DNA of 51,189 nt from Reclinomonas americana ATCC 50394 (lineage: Eukaryota). Below the pieces are notes generated by a model. The model worked only from the letters and a program-made list of their open reading frames with translations, was not told the DNA's origin and ran no database searches. Numbering within the stretch: position 1 is the stretch's first letter; every line of letters begins with the position of its first letter. Location of the stretch: assembly GCA_048213135.1 (NCBI GenBank), contig PS015167.1, positions 80,930-132,118 on the forward strand, read 5' to 3'. Below, piece after piece: positions 1 through 12,300 of the stretch. A program made the translations under genes and the position numbers.

Positions 1-79
1 ATATCGACAGGAAATTTTGCGGTTTTTCGGCACCACCAATTTTTTCGCACAGACGCGCGTGAGAGTCGATCATCACAGC

Positions 80-323
80 ATGTCGCTCGCCGACCGCGCG
101 CTCTCCAACGACGCCGACCTGCGCTCCTCCTCCTCCTCCTCCGCCTCGGGGCCGCGCTCAGTGTCGGTTCCGCGGCTGAACCTGGCCTCGGTCGGCCTCT
201 CGCCATCTTCCCCGCGCTCCGGCACTCCGCCTCCGCCACAGTCGGTTCCCGGTCTCGGCCCGCCGCAGCCTTATCATGTCATTGCCGCGCAACAGCAGCA
301 GCAACAGGCGACAGATCATCCAT
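80..323 (+). CDS. First exon of an unknown Ser/Pro/Gln-rich protein; the remainder is lost in the 580-1511 gap
   Basis: ATG at 80 (MSLADRALSNDADLRSSSSSSASGPRS...QQQQQATDHP) with GC-rich coding-like composition. It ends at donor gttgagt (324), followed by a (GT)n-rich intron. Confidence 0.55.
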
Positions 324-2950
324 GTTGAGTGTGTGTGTGTGTTTTGTCGTCAAAGTGTCCGGTGTCCATCTCCCATGGCAAGGGGGGCGGAGCCATCTCT
401 TGCCTTGCCACGCGCTCTTTGTGTGTCTGTGTGTGTCTGTCTGTGTGTGTGTGCATGTGACTGAGAGAGAGTGTGTGTGTGGCACGCGCGTCGTTTGTGT
501 GGAGGCGGGCCCTGTATTGCGGTCTCATGTGTGTGTGTGCACGCGCGCGTGTGTGTGTTCTTTTGTTTGTGCGTGTGTGNNNNNNNNNNNNNNNNNNNNN
601 NNNNNNNNNNNNNNNNNNNNNNNNNNNNNNNNNNNNNNNNNNNNNNNNNNNNNNNNNNNNNNNNNNNNNNNNNNNNNNNNNNNNNNNNNNNNNNNNNNNN
701 NNNNNNNNNNNNNNNNNNNNNNNNNNNNNNNNNNNNNNNNNNNNNNNNNNNNNNNNNNNNNNNNNNNNNNNNNNNNNNNNNNNNNNNNNNNNNNNNNNNN
801 NNNNNNNNNNNNNNNNNNNNNNNNNNNNNNNNNNNNNNNNNNNNNNNNNNNNNNNNNNNNNNNNNNNNNNNNNNNNNNNNNNNNNNNNNNNNNNNNNNNN
901 NNNNNNNNNNNNNNNNNNNNNNNNNNNNNNNNNNNNNNNNNNNNNNNNNNNNNNNNNNNNNNNNNNNNNNNNNNNNNNNNNNNNNNNNNNNNNNNNNNNN
1001 NNNNNNNNNNNNNNNNNNNNNNNNNNNNNNNNNNNNNNNNNNNNNNNNNNNNNNNNNNNNNNNNNNNNNNNNNNNNNNNNNNNNNNNNNNNNNNNNNNNN
1101 NNNNNNNNNNNNNNNNNNNNNNNNNNNNNNNNNNNNNNNNNNNNNNNNNNNNNNNNNNNNNNNNNNNNNNNNNNNNNNNNNNNNNNNNNNNNNNNNNNNN
1201 NNNNNNNNNNNNNNNNNNNNNNNNNNNNNNNNNNNNNNNNNNNNNNNNNNNNNNNNNNNNNNNNNNNNNNNNNNNNNNNNNNNNNNNNNNNNNNNNNNNN
1301 NNNNNNNNNNNNNNNNNNNNNNNNNNNNNNNNNNNNNNNNNNNNNNNNNNNNNNNNNNNNNNNNNNNNNNNNNNNNNNNNNNNNNNNNNNNNNNNNNNNN
1401 NNNNNNNNNNNNNNNNNNNNNNNNNNNNNNNNNNNNNNNNNNNNNNNNNNNNNNNNNNNNNNNNNNNNNNNNNNNNNNNNNNNNNNNNNNNNNNNNNNNN
1501 NNNNNNNNNNNCCATATTTCTTTCTTGGAGCTGTGTGGCGAAGTGGGCAAGTCACTGATTCATACTGTTTGCATGATTATACGCGAGAAACTGAGGTATT
1601 CAAATTGCAAGAATTGAAGGAAGTCGAGTGTTGTTGCATTGCAAATCGAATTGCGGCAAACAATACCCACAAGCGAAGAGCCTTAGCGATCCACAGAGAT
1701 AGCAACATCGTGGCGTGAGAATCAACATCTTGTGCGAGAAACTGAGACACTGGAAATTACAGCATGCGCAATCGCAGAAAGTCGAATTCGAATTCTGGCT
1801 CGCGCAGCCACAGCAGCATCAACAACAGCACTGTATGCATTCACAGCGCAGCCGCCAAGTAGAGCCGGAAACAATGACATCTCAACTGCAGCGCGACCAG
1901 AAAGCCGATTTCGAAAGTTGGATTGCCAAAGTTGGAATTCGATTTTCATGCTTTGCGCGGAAGACATATCTCTCGGAGTGTCGCGACTTTGACACCTACG
2001 CATTCGAGCTAGAACAGCAACTCGCAAATTAATCTCACGAAATGTTGCAGGTTGTCTCGAGCTCACGTGGAGCTCGGGGCTTCGATTTCGAAAACAGGAC
2101 CCGCTGCGCAATTCCGAAATTGTAAAAGCTGCGATCCGCATAGCTACGGTGCATGAGACGATGGAGACTCACACGTACCGCAACCAGAAGAGCGAACGCC
2201 GCAGCGGGCCCAGATCGCTGCTGCTTCGGAAACCGAATTCGGTGACCAGATTTGCGAAGGCTGCAGCTTCGAATTCGCCCCTGCGATATCGAAGTCGAAG
2301 CGGATCGCGTCACTTCCAAGCTGTGCATGACTGCGGTGACTTGCCATAAGTCACCAAAATATGCAGCTCGGAAGTCCAAGTCTGCAAGTGTCGGGTGCAA
2401 GCGCCGAACGATTTGAATATCGATGCTCTCGGTTGCATGAAAGTGTCCGATCAATACCACGTCGCTGCAGACCTTTTCGCTTTGCTCCGGCTTCGTTCGA
2501 ATACTGCTCGGCCTCCTGCTTGCACTTGCATACGTTCGTTTCTTGGAAATCCGCCGGAATATCGAATTCGAAATCGAATCGAACAGAATAGCGCCATGCC
2601 CGACTTGTCCCGGTCGCATGCGACTGCATAGCAGTCACAGCTGGTGGTCCTCTGGACTCGGCACAGGGCGTCTCCTCTCGGCGCATGCACACAACTTCCA
2701 AATCGGACATGTCCGATATCAAGAAAAAGCGCCCTTTCCTCCCTTCGCAGCGACCCATCCACTCTCTCTCTCCCCATCACCATCATCTCTCACTCCTACA
2801 CCACCCTGTACAACTTCAGCACGGCCGGTGAGTCGCGCGAGCGAATGTCCGGAATTTGCCTCGCGGCTCCCACCTCAAATTTTTGCGCGCACAACGCACA
2901 ACGCGCCCCTCATCCCTCTCCGTGTGTGTGCGTGTCAGGTGATCAAGAGG

Positions 2951-5900
2951 ATGGCGAGCGACGACGTCACCACGCCCACACTCGATGGTCTGTCACCACC
3001 ACACCAAGAGACAAGAGAGAGAGTCCCTCTCATCACTCACTCTCTCTCTCTCTCACTCACACACACAGAGAGCTTCTACCTGCTCTTCACCTACTACTCC
3101 GGCCCCAAAGGCCACGGCAACGAACTGAGCTCCACCTCCACCACCACCTCCTCCTCCGCCTCCAAGAAACCCGCTCTGCCCAAGTCGCCTCCACCCCGCC
3201 TCCCGCCCAAGCTGAAACCGGGCGAGCAAGGTGGAGGCGTGCAGCGCGCCGCCGCCCGCGGTGTCCTGTGGCGCGGCGGCTGCTTTGCCCTGCGACGTGA
3301 CGAGCTGGCGATGCTGCGCCGCGGAGGACACGTGCCGAGCAGCAGTAAGAAGAAGCAGAAGAAGAAGAAGAAGCTGAAGAAGACGACACCGACAAAAGCG
3401 AAGCAGGGAAAGCAGGGTCAACGTCGGGATAACGCCGATGGTGAGGGAGGTGACGGTGTCGATGTCGACTCGGAGGGAGGTGATGACGACGACGACGATG
3501 ATCACGATGATGAGGAGGGTGAGAGTGACGCGGAAGATTTCGATGATGGTGACGACGATGGTGATGATGATGAGTGGGGCGAGGACGACATGCCGGCGGT
3601 GCACATGCTGGAGGCGGAGATGATTGATGTGCTGGAGTCGCAGCGTTTGTATTTTGGCGCGTTTCGGCAGCTGGTGCGCGACATGGGAGTGCAGCCGGAG
3701 CATTACTCGTCGTTGACGTTGCACAAGCTGTTTAGCACGTGCTCCGGAGTGGAAGATATGTGAGAGGGAGGGAGGGAAAAGGAGGGAGGGAGGGGGGGAG
3801 GGCGAGAGGGAGAGGAGAAGAGCTACTGATGTTTCGCCACGTTATGTTGATCCTCGCGCTCTTTCTCTGAGCGCAACACTCATGCCGCCACGTCTTCTAT
3901 TCGTGCCTCATGTGTCTTCCTCAGTCTGTGTACTGGTCGTCATCCCTTGTTCATCTCGCCCTTTCTCTCAGCGCAACAACTACGATCTTTATGTGCGCAC
4001 TGTCACTTATACGAATGCCGGCGACTTGACTTTGTCACGAGAGAATGGAAAATGTGCCTTGAACTTGGGGTCTTTCCTCAACTCTTTTTTCTTGTTATGT
4101 TGCAGCATTCCACGACTTCGTGCCTCGTGTATCCTCCTCACGCAGTTGACATCGATGTTCGGTCGTCCTTTGCTCTGCATCTTCTCGCACCCTTCGCCAT
4201 GCCGCTGTTGACGTCCTTGACAAAGATCTGTTCTCAACTGTATCACCCTCGCTCCAAGACTGTCTTTTCGTGCTCCTCGTCGTTTGGCACTCCGCGTACG
4301 ACTTTCTGCACTCTTCTTTCCATATGCAACCTGTGTCGCGCTTTGCTCTCTCCTCCCACATGCTGACTGTCGTGTTTCTTCCCTCTCCCTCGCACGTGGC
4401 TCGCCATTCATCACCTTTGAGGAGCTGTGCGTGGCCATTGAGCAAATTGTCGACGACTTCCTGCCGCACTTTGCGTCGCCAGCCACTCGCTGGCTCTTTG
4501 TGCACCGCGAAAAGGTGGTGCCGCTGCTCACACAACACAAGGTAACGCCAGCCTCACGTCCCTCTCCTCTCTCCACTTTGCACTCACTCTCTCGGCTGGT
4601 GTGCAGGGTGGCGAAGCGTACATTTACCAGCAGCCGAAACGACCAGACGAGTTGGACCAGCCGAATGTTCTCGGCGTCTTCAGCATGTACGAGCCGGCGC
4701 TGCTCAAGGTGCCTTTTGATTGTCTCTCATTGCCTTCAGCATTCACTTGCCTCCCCTCACACTCCTCGGCAGATGTTCCTGCACTTTGCATGCATGTTTG
4801 ACGAGGATCGCGGTCAAAATCCAGACGGCGACGAGCTGATGAACGAGGAAGAGTTTCTCGAGTCGCTCAGCGTCTTTGGCGTGGTACCAAAGGAGCTGAC
4901 AGCAAAGGATGCGCATCGAGTTGCGTCTTCTTCTTAGATTATGTCTCTCTCCGTTTCTCTCTCTTTCTCTTCATTGTCTCTCCGTCCCTCTGTCTCTCTC
5001 GCCCCTCTCCGCAGTCACGCACGCAATGTCTCGTTCACTGTCTCTCCCTCTCCGTTTCTGCCTCTCTCAGACTCTTTTCCTTTCTCTTTTCCTCTCTCTA
5101 TGCCTTTTTCTTCTCTCCCTCGTCCTCTTCCTCCTTTCTCCTTCTTCTCTCTGTCTCTCTCTCTCTCGTTCCATTTCCTCGCTCCATCTTTGCATTCTCA
5201 CTCTCGTTTCTTTGTTTCCCTGTCCCTCTGCCTCTCTCTGCCTCTCTCTCTCTCCCTCCCTACCTCCCTCTCTCTCTCCCTTCCTCCCTCTCTCCCCCTC
5301 TCCCTCCCTCCCTCCTCCCCCCCTCCCTCCCTCCTTCTCCTTCCCCTTCTCACCTCCCTTCCCTGTCTACAGGTGTTCGAGGCCGTCAATGTGGGCGAGG
5401 TGGCCGACGCCAACCTCAGCGACCTCGATTTCGGCGAGTTCCAAGAGTGCCTCGGTCGCATCGCACTCATTATCTTCTCGCGGCCCATGTACGCCGACTC
5501 GCACCGCACACCGATGGACAAGGTGTGCGCGCTGTTGGACCACATGGATACCGCGTACTTGCGTCTCTTCGACATTACCATGCAACAAGAGATTGCCCGT
5601 GCGAAGCGCCAGACCGTGGCCGTCGATCGCGAGATCGACGTGCGTGTGTCGCTGGCGGAGTACAGTTGCGGAGGGGGAGGCAGAAGGGAGGAGGGGGAAT
5701 GAGAAGAAGAGAGTGGGATAGCATGCTGTCACCAAGGCAGTCCTCGCATTTCCGCATGTGTTTTTACTCGATTTTGCTCTCGGTTGCTCGCTCTCTTCTT
5801 TCAATACCCCCTGCCGCATTTCTCTCCCTCCTGTTATTCTGCTCCCCTTCTCATTCGCCACGTACCATGCCCAACAGTGGCGGAGGGATTTGGTGAGCGA

Positions 5901-8900
5901 GGACAGCAGAGAGCAGGGAGAATGAGAAGTGACAACTTGCTCTGTCATGTGTGCTCCACTGTTATCGCTTCTCATACCTTCCGTTTCTCCCACCACTTCT
6001 TTGTCTCTCCTGTCTCCCCCTGCTTCTCCTCTTCCTCTCCCTTTCGCCACTTCTCATACCCTATAGTTGCGGGGTGGGTGGGCGAGTGATGACAGAAGTC
6101 AACAGAGAGAATAGAGAAGCGAAGACATGCTGTGTTCATGTATTTCGTGTTGTCGCTTTTTGTTCTCTCCTACATTGGCGAAGGGGTCGGCGAGTGGTGG
6201 CAGAAGTGAGCAGAGAGAAATGGAAGGAAAGAGAGTGAGGTGATGCCCCAGAAACACTTTCTCTCAGTCTCTCCTCCCACTCCCGCTATCTCCTTTCCCT
6301 CCTCCTCCTGCTCCATTCTCCCTTTCCCATGTGCTCACCATTCTCCCACCACGCACCACAGAGGACGACTTTGACATCAACCTCCGCTCGCAACTCGGTC
6401 GCGACAGATACAACAATGTGATGCGATCAGGTGAGTTCACCACCCAACCCACTCACCTCATTGTACTATCCCTTCTCCCTCACCTCCCCTTCTCCCCTTC
6501 TCTCCCCCAGTACCCATGCGAAAAGTGTTCCGCGAATTCACCTCGCACGAATTCGGCTACAACACGCGCTACCTCGGTCTGCGCGAGTTCCTCACATTGG
6601 TGCGCACCAGCAAGCTGCTGCCGTTGGACTTGTCGGCGGTGGACGAGCCGCAGGAGCCGACGTTTGTGTACGGCGTGCCGATTTCGTCGGCGCTGACCAC
6701 GATGCCGGCGAATGAGATGGACCCCAAGTTCCTCACGCACTGGGCCGAGTCGCGCTTCCACCAGTGCGCACTGGCCACATACGGTAAAAACTCCTCACTT
6801 TGTCTATTCGTCAGTGTCTCGCCCTTTGCTCAACTCACTGTGCTGGTGCAGAGGGCGAACCTCACATGGAATATCGACATTTCATCGCCGCCGTGCTGGC
6901 GATTGCCGAGTACCGTGTCAACTACGAAAAGACGTCGCGGTGGACGGTGGCCACGGCCGAGACGCGCCACTTGATGGGCCCTGAGGATCTGGCGCGCGCG
7001 TCTCAAATGTTTGTGCTGTTGTGGCAGTGATAATCATCCCTTGGCTATCGTTCACATGTTGCGTTGCGCAGGCGACGAGCTCGCAACGAGCGCATCACCG
7101 TGTTCGATCGCTACCAGCACCTGCGAAAGAGATTTGGGCCCTCTTCCACCTCGCCCACCGGCGACGAGGCCGCCGACGCCTCGTCACCACGCACGCAGTC
7201 GTCAGCGACCGAGTCGGAGGTTTGTCTCCAGCAGCAAGGAGAAGTGCGCCCTCCTCGCTCACCCCACCTCTGTCCTCAGATCTCCATCGACTCCTCCTCC
7301 GACGGCTTGACCATTCGCAAAATGCCACTGGTGGAGGTCTTTGATCATGTGATCACCGACGTGGTGGAGCGCTACAACAAGGGCAAGATCCGCCATTTGC
7401 CGCCGACCGCCACCGCCACCAATGCCAACGTACCGTGGTCGTCGGGCCCGTCGGGAGCCGTGACACCGCGCGCCGACAGTGCCTCCGAGCACAGCGGCAG
7501 CGAGACCACGACACGCACGTCGCCCAACGATGTGGACCGTCGGGCGCGCCCGGCATCGATTCTTGTGGAGGAGACATCGTCGCACTCAAGTGTTGCGCCG
7601 CCGTCACCCGCACTGACGCCATCGTGGCGCTTCCGTGCACCGGCTCCCGAGATCGATGCCAGCACCAAGCACTTGCCCACACCGTCGGTGGGCCGGCGGC
7701 AAGAGACGCGCGTGGTGGCTGTGCGTGGCGGACCGCACGACAAGTTTGCCCCACATTCGCTGCACCGACCGGCGTCACCGACTTCTATCGTGAATGACAA
7801 GGTGCGCGATCTAGTCGGCCGTCAGCGTTCGCGGAGAACGTCGGTCGTTTCGCAGGCCAACTCGACGTCGACGGGCTTCCTCACCTCGCGCAAACAATCC
7901 ATGATTTCACTGTCGTCGCTGGTGGCCGGTGCCGGAGGAAACACCGGCGGTGGTGCCAATGTGATTGTGCAAGCGCCCATGCGGGGTGAGCTGGCAGGGT
8001 CCATGAAAAAGTCGGCACTGGCTCGCGCTGCCGCGGGAAGTGGACTGCCGCCCGCACCAAGTGGACCGTCCTCCGTGGCGCCGACGCTGGATGCCGACAA
8101 GCATCGTTTCCAGTTTGCCCGTGTGTCGAAACTGTCGTTGGTGCGCAACCTGAGCTGTTCTTTGCTCTCTCTCTCTTTTCTTTCGCCCACTGAATTCGTT
8201 GCACGTGTGCAGATTTCCAAACGCGACCACCGTGAGCTGGTATTGCACAATGGTCCGGTGCGTGTGGCGGAGATTGCCGACCGCGCCGGTCACATTATCA
8301 CCACCAAGTCGCAGTCTCGCTTCCGATCCGAGGCACATCGGTGTGTGTATTTTGCGTGCCGTCACGTGTGTTTCTTGTCGTGCACTGACACTCTCTCTAT
8401 TCTTACGACCCACGTCAGTATGTTTGATGTGCAAATCTTTGACGCGTCGGTGGAAGACATTGTGCTGCAGCACGTGTTTGTGGCGAACTCGTTCCAGGAG
8501 CTGGTGGATCGACTGCGCATGCACGGCTTCGATTTCGCCGCGCCAGTGCAGGAGCGGACACGCTCCCTTCTCGCCTACACGCAACTTGGTCGCGCCTGGC
8601 GACTGCATCTCATCGAACCCGGTGAGGGGGAGATGACAGAGGAGGAGCAACTGCTCACCAATGATGCGCGCATCGAAAAGAGGTGACGTGTGTGCGCGAG
8701 CGAGGAAGCTGAGATTATAGTTGGTGTGCGACTCACGTGTTGTGTTGTGACGCGCAGAATCGGCTTCCTCATTGACAGTCCTGGGCACTTTTCGTTGCTC
8801 AAGTGGCAGCCCACGTACGACTGCGCGTTTTCCGACGAAGTTGCGTGTGATTGTGCAAGTGTGCATCGATCGCAGTGGCTCACCTCCTGGGTGTCACAGC

Positions 8901-9058
8901 ACTCGCTCACACTCTACGAGGAAGACGATCTGAGCGACATTTTCTTTGCGTGTTTCGAGGCGTACCAGGTCGCCACCTCCTGGGCCGACTTGAGGAAGCG
9001 TCTGCTGGACAACCACATCCGCCTGGAGCCACACATCTCCGGCGTGAAACGAACCTGA
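2951..9058 (+). CDS. Large multi-exon protein with several degenerate EF-hand-like helical modules, an acidic tract and a Ser/Pro-rich linker; function unknown (5' end uncertain)
   Basis: Exons join in frame across GT-AG introns, e.g. ...TLD|ESFYLLFTYYS..., ITFEELCVAIEQI, LMNEEEFLESLSVFGVVPKELTAKDAHR|VFEAVN..LDFGEFQECLGRIA, YLGLREFLTLVRTSKLL, MEYRHFIAAVLAIA. Stop TGA at 9056-9058. One acceptor (4396) is non-canonical. Confidence 0.7.
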
Positions 9059-9300
9059 ATGTGGTGTGTGTATTAAGTATGCTTCTTGTTTATCGCACTG
9101 TGATATAAATGTTACATGATGGTAGTCCTTCGAGAGAGAAGGGGGGAATGCCGAACTGTACATTTGTTTGCTCGCTCAACAGAGAGTATGACAATATTCA
9201 CACGCCAACGCGTGGTGGGGGGAAAAGGGGGCACAAGAAACCAGTAACATAGAAGCAAAAGGAGAATCAGATTGGAGGCTGTGTGGTGCGGCCTCTCATT

Positions 9301-12300
9301 TTAGTGCGTGGACTCGACTTTTCTCCGTGCCGTGCCTGCGACACATGCGCAAGAGAGCCTGGTAAGCATCAGATGCGCCTCACCACTTCCCATCACCTCC
9401 ACTCACCGATATCACACGAGTTGACCTTGGAGGCGAAGCGCAGTGAGTTGAGGCTCTCCTGCATGTGCACCTCGGTGGGCGAGATGTTGACAAACATCAG
9501 CGTCTTCGAGTTGCCACCCAGTGAGTTTTGCAGCAGGTGTGTCAGCTTCGAGTTCCGGTACGGAATGTGGGCGCTCTTGTTGGCCAGGGCGGCAATGACA
9601 TCGCCGAGGCACGACAGCGACTTGTTGATGTGCTGCGTCTCGATCTTGCGGTCGCCCGTGTGCTGCGTTTGCTTCAGGCGCTCCGAGCCGGCCAGGTCAA
9701 TGAGGTTGAGCAGACCGCGGCAGGCCTGCAAGAAGGAGAAGGGAAGCAAGAGTGAGACATATGTTGAGAACAGAAGAAAAAAATCATTGCCACAGTGCTC
9801 ACCTTGCCAGTGGTGGCATTCTCACCACGAATGCGCAGCTGGAACACAGAGTGCGAGCGTGACGAGTGTGCATTGCACTTGGTCTCGGCCCATGCGCGCT
9901 GCTTCGAGGCGCGCGTCAACAGAGCTGCCACCTGGGTCGGATGACGGACTTCCACTGCGTCATCAACAACAGCCATGTGAGTGACGCGCGAGGAAAGAAG
10001 CACGAGTGTCGCGCACAACGCACCAATCTCCAGATTGGTGACATAGATTAGACCCTCGCGGTCGGCCTTGATCTCGTACTTGTGATCAGTGCCGGGCTCC
10101 GCCAGCAGATCGTTGATGGTCTCGTTGTAGATCTCGAGGAACGAGGCCTCCAGCGTGTACTGCCAGCCGTGCTCACGCAGGCGCTGAGCCACGTCAAAGA
10201 TCTTGTTGACCTGATTGGGAGGCAAGAGCAACAAGTGAATAGTGCGCAAAGGGAGAGCATTTAAGACACAAGTTCACAAACAAGAACACAACACAAGAAC
10301 ACTGTAACACGCATTTGCTCACAAACTATACGACACGACACAAACAAGAAAACACAATAAACATCAGGGACCGCACTTCATGTACAGCAAAGATACACAA
10401 GTATACAACAAGAACGCCTAACCGAGTTCACGAACAAGAAACACAATGAAATAAGGGATAGAACGTTGACATATGATGACACGTACACAGAGACACACAC
10501 CGACATAGACACACAAGAATACGCATAATATGCAACGCAACAGTGCGCGGAATGACACCCATCATCGACGGGTCCGGCTGCACTGGCATCATCGACGAGC
10601 TGGCGCCACCCTCCTCAAAGACGGACGGACCCTCCATTGTGAAGGTCTTGCCGCTACCCGTCACGCCATAGCTGTGCACCATCACCACGTCAGCCAAAGA
10701 TCGGCAACAGTAGAAAGGGTGGCTATAGGCAATGTTCGACGCAACGCAAACACGCAGACATTGTAGCCGTCGAGCGCGCTCTGCACGAGTTGTGACACCT
10801 CAGTGAACACCTCCTCCTGGGTGGCGCGTGGACCAAACACATGGTCAAACTCGAAGCGCCACTTCTTGCCGTCGCGGTAGTCGCCGGCGGCCGAGGTTCC
10901 CTAAAGAAGGAAGAGCAGTGAGCTGCAATTGAGCATGCCATCAAAAGGTATTGGTGTGGATCCACGCACCGATGGGCCCGAAATCTCAATGGCGTTCTCG
11001 CAGTCCGTCGGCACGTCGATCGGTGCAACGCTCTCGGCCACCTCGTCGGCTGTGTTGAGAAGAGAGAATAGGAAATAGCCATGAGCAACAGAACAGTGAA
11101 TGAAGCCAACGCTATCTCACAACTGAGAATGACACCCAGAGCCCACTATGTCTCCACAGACTCCATCTCCTCTCCGACACTCACCAATGGTGGGCCGCAC
11201 ACGGCAGTACACACGAATGTTGCCCTTCAGCTCCTGAATGGTGTTGTGCAGCTCGCGGCGCACCATTTCATCCTCGCGACGACGCTGCTCCAGCTGCGCA
11301 ACCTCCTCCACACGAGCGGCCACGGCGGCCTCCAGGTTGGTGATTTGCTGTGCGCGACTGACACACAACTCCTCGGCCGCCTGCGCGATTGGCGTCGGTG
11401 TCAGCGCGCACCAACTCTGACATTGCACAACGAATGTAGCGACGCAACAGACAACGAGGCGCGAGTGGCCGCCAGCTGCTCCTGCAGCGACAGGCGCATC
11501 GACTGCATCTCCAGGCTCATGGTGTTGCGCACCGAGGCGATTTCGGCGTCGGCCGCATGACGCACACGAGTGGTCTCCTCGTGAGCGCGCGTGACATCAT
11601 CCTGTGCAGCTGACAAGCGGGCCTTGAGCGCGCTGTTCTCCTGCTCCAGGCGAGCCACCTCGCCCTGCGTCGTCATCAGTCGAGTGGAGAGACTGTCCTT
11701 CTCCACCACCTGCAGGTGCAGGCGGTGGCGCGTCTCGTGCAGCTCCTGCAGCATGCGTCCATTGTCTTCGCGCACCGTGTCGAGCTGAGCGGCTGCGCAC
11801 ACACGTGTGAGACGACGGTTGAGTGCTACAAATACAGTGCAGGAGGACGGACCCTTGGCGCCGCTCTCGACTAGGCGTTCCTGCAGGCTGGTCACCTGCT
11901 GGATTGTCGAGCGCATCTGCTCTTGCAGCTCCCTGTTCAATGTCTCCATGTCGGCGAGTCGGCCCTGTGAACAGCGAGGAGTGAGATACGCAAGGAGAAG
12001 ACAAGCACCGACGGATCTACCTTGACGTCCCACGCCTGGCGACTGCCACTGCTGCCAGAGGCGGCAGCCGTCGGAGCAGCAGCAGCAGCATTGCTGGCTG
12101 ACGCGCCCGACGACGCCGTGGGAGTGCGACGGCCACTGGCCGACGCTGGCTTGGTGGCGGCGACGGTGCGCGAGGCCGCGGTGGTGCGCCCGTTGAGAGC
12201 CGTGTTGGCTGCCGTCACAGAGTTCGAGCCGCTCGGAGTCGTGCGTCCACTGGTGCTTCGCTCGCGCGGTGTGAGTGATCCACCAATGCTTCGCGAGCTC

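Noticed and set aside
316-1718. Long ORFs spanning N gaps or microsatellites (poly-X, ERERER, SLSLSL, HTHT), here and throughout the window
   Set aside because: Artefacts of gaps, intronic simple repeats and GC-rich antisense frames.
2480-2520. tRNA-like gttcgaat T-loop motif
   Set aside because: No acceptor stem, D-arm or anticodon arm could be folded around it.
4125-4140. U12-type donor-like gtatcctc paired with an AC end near 4395
   Set aside because: Imperfect match to RTATCCTT, no TCCTTAAC branch site, and no coherent upstream exon.
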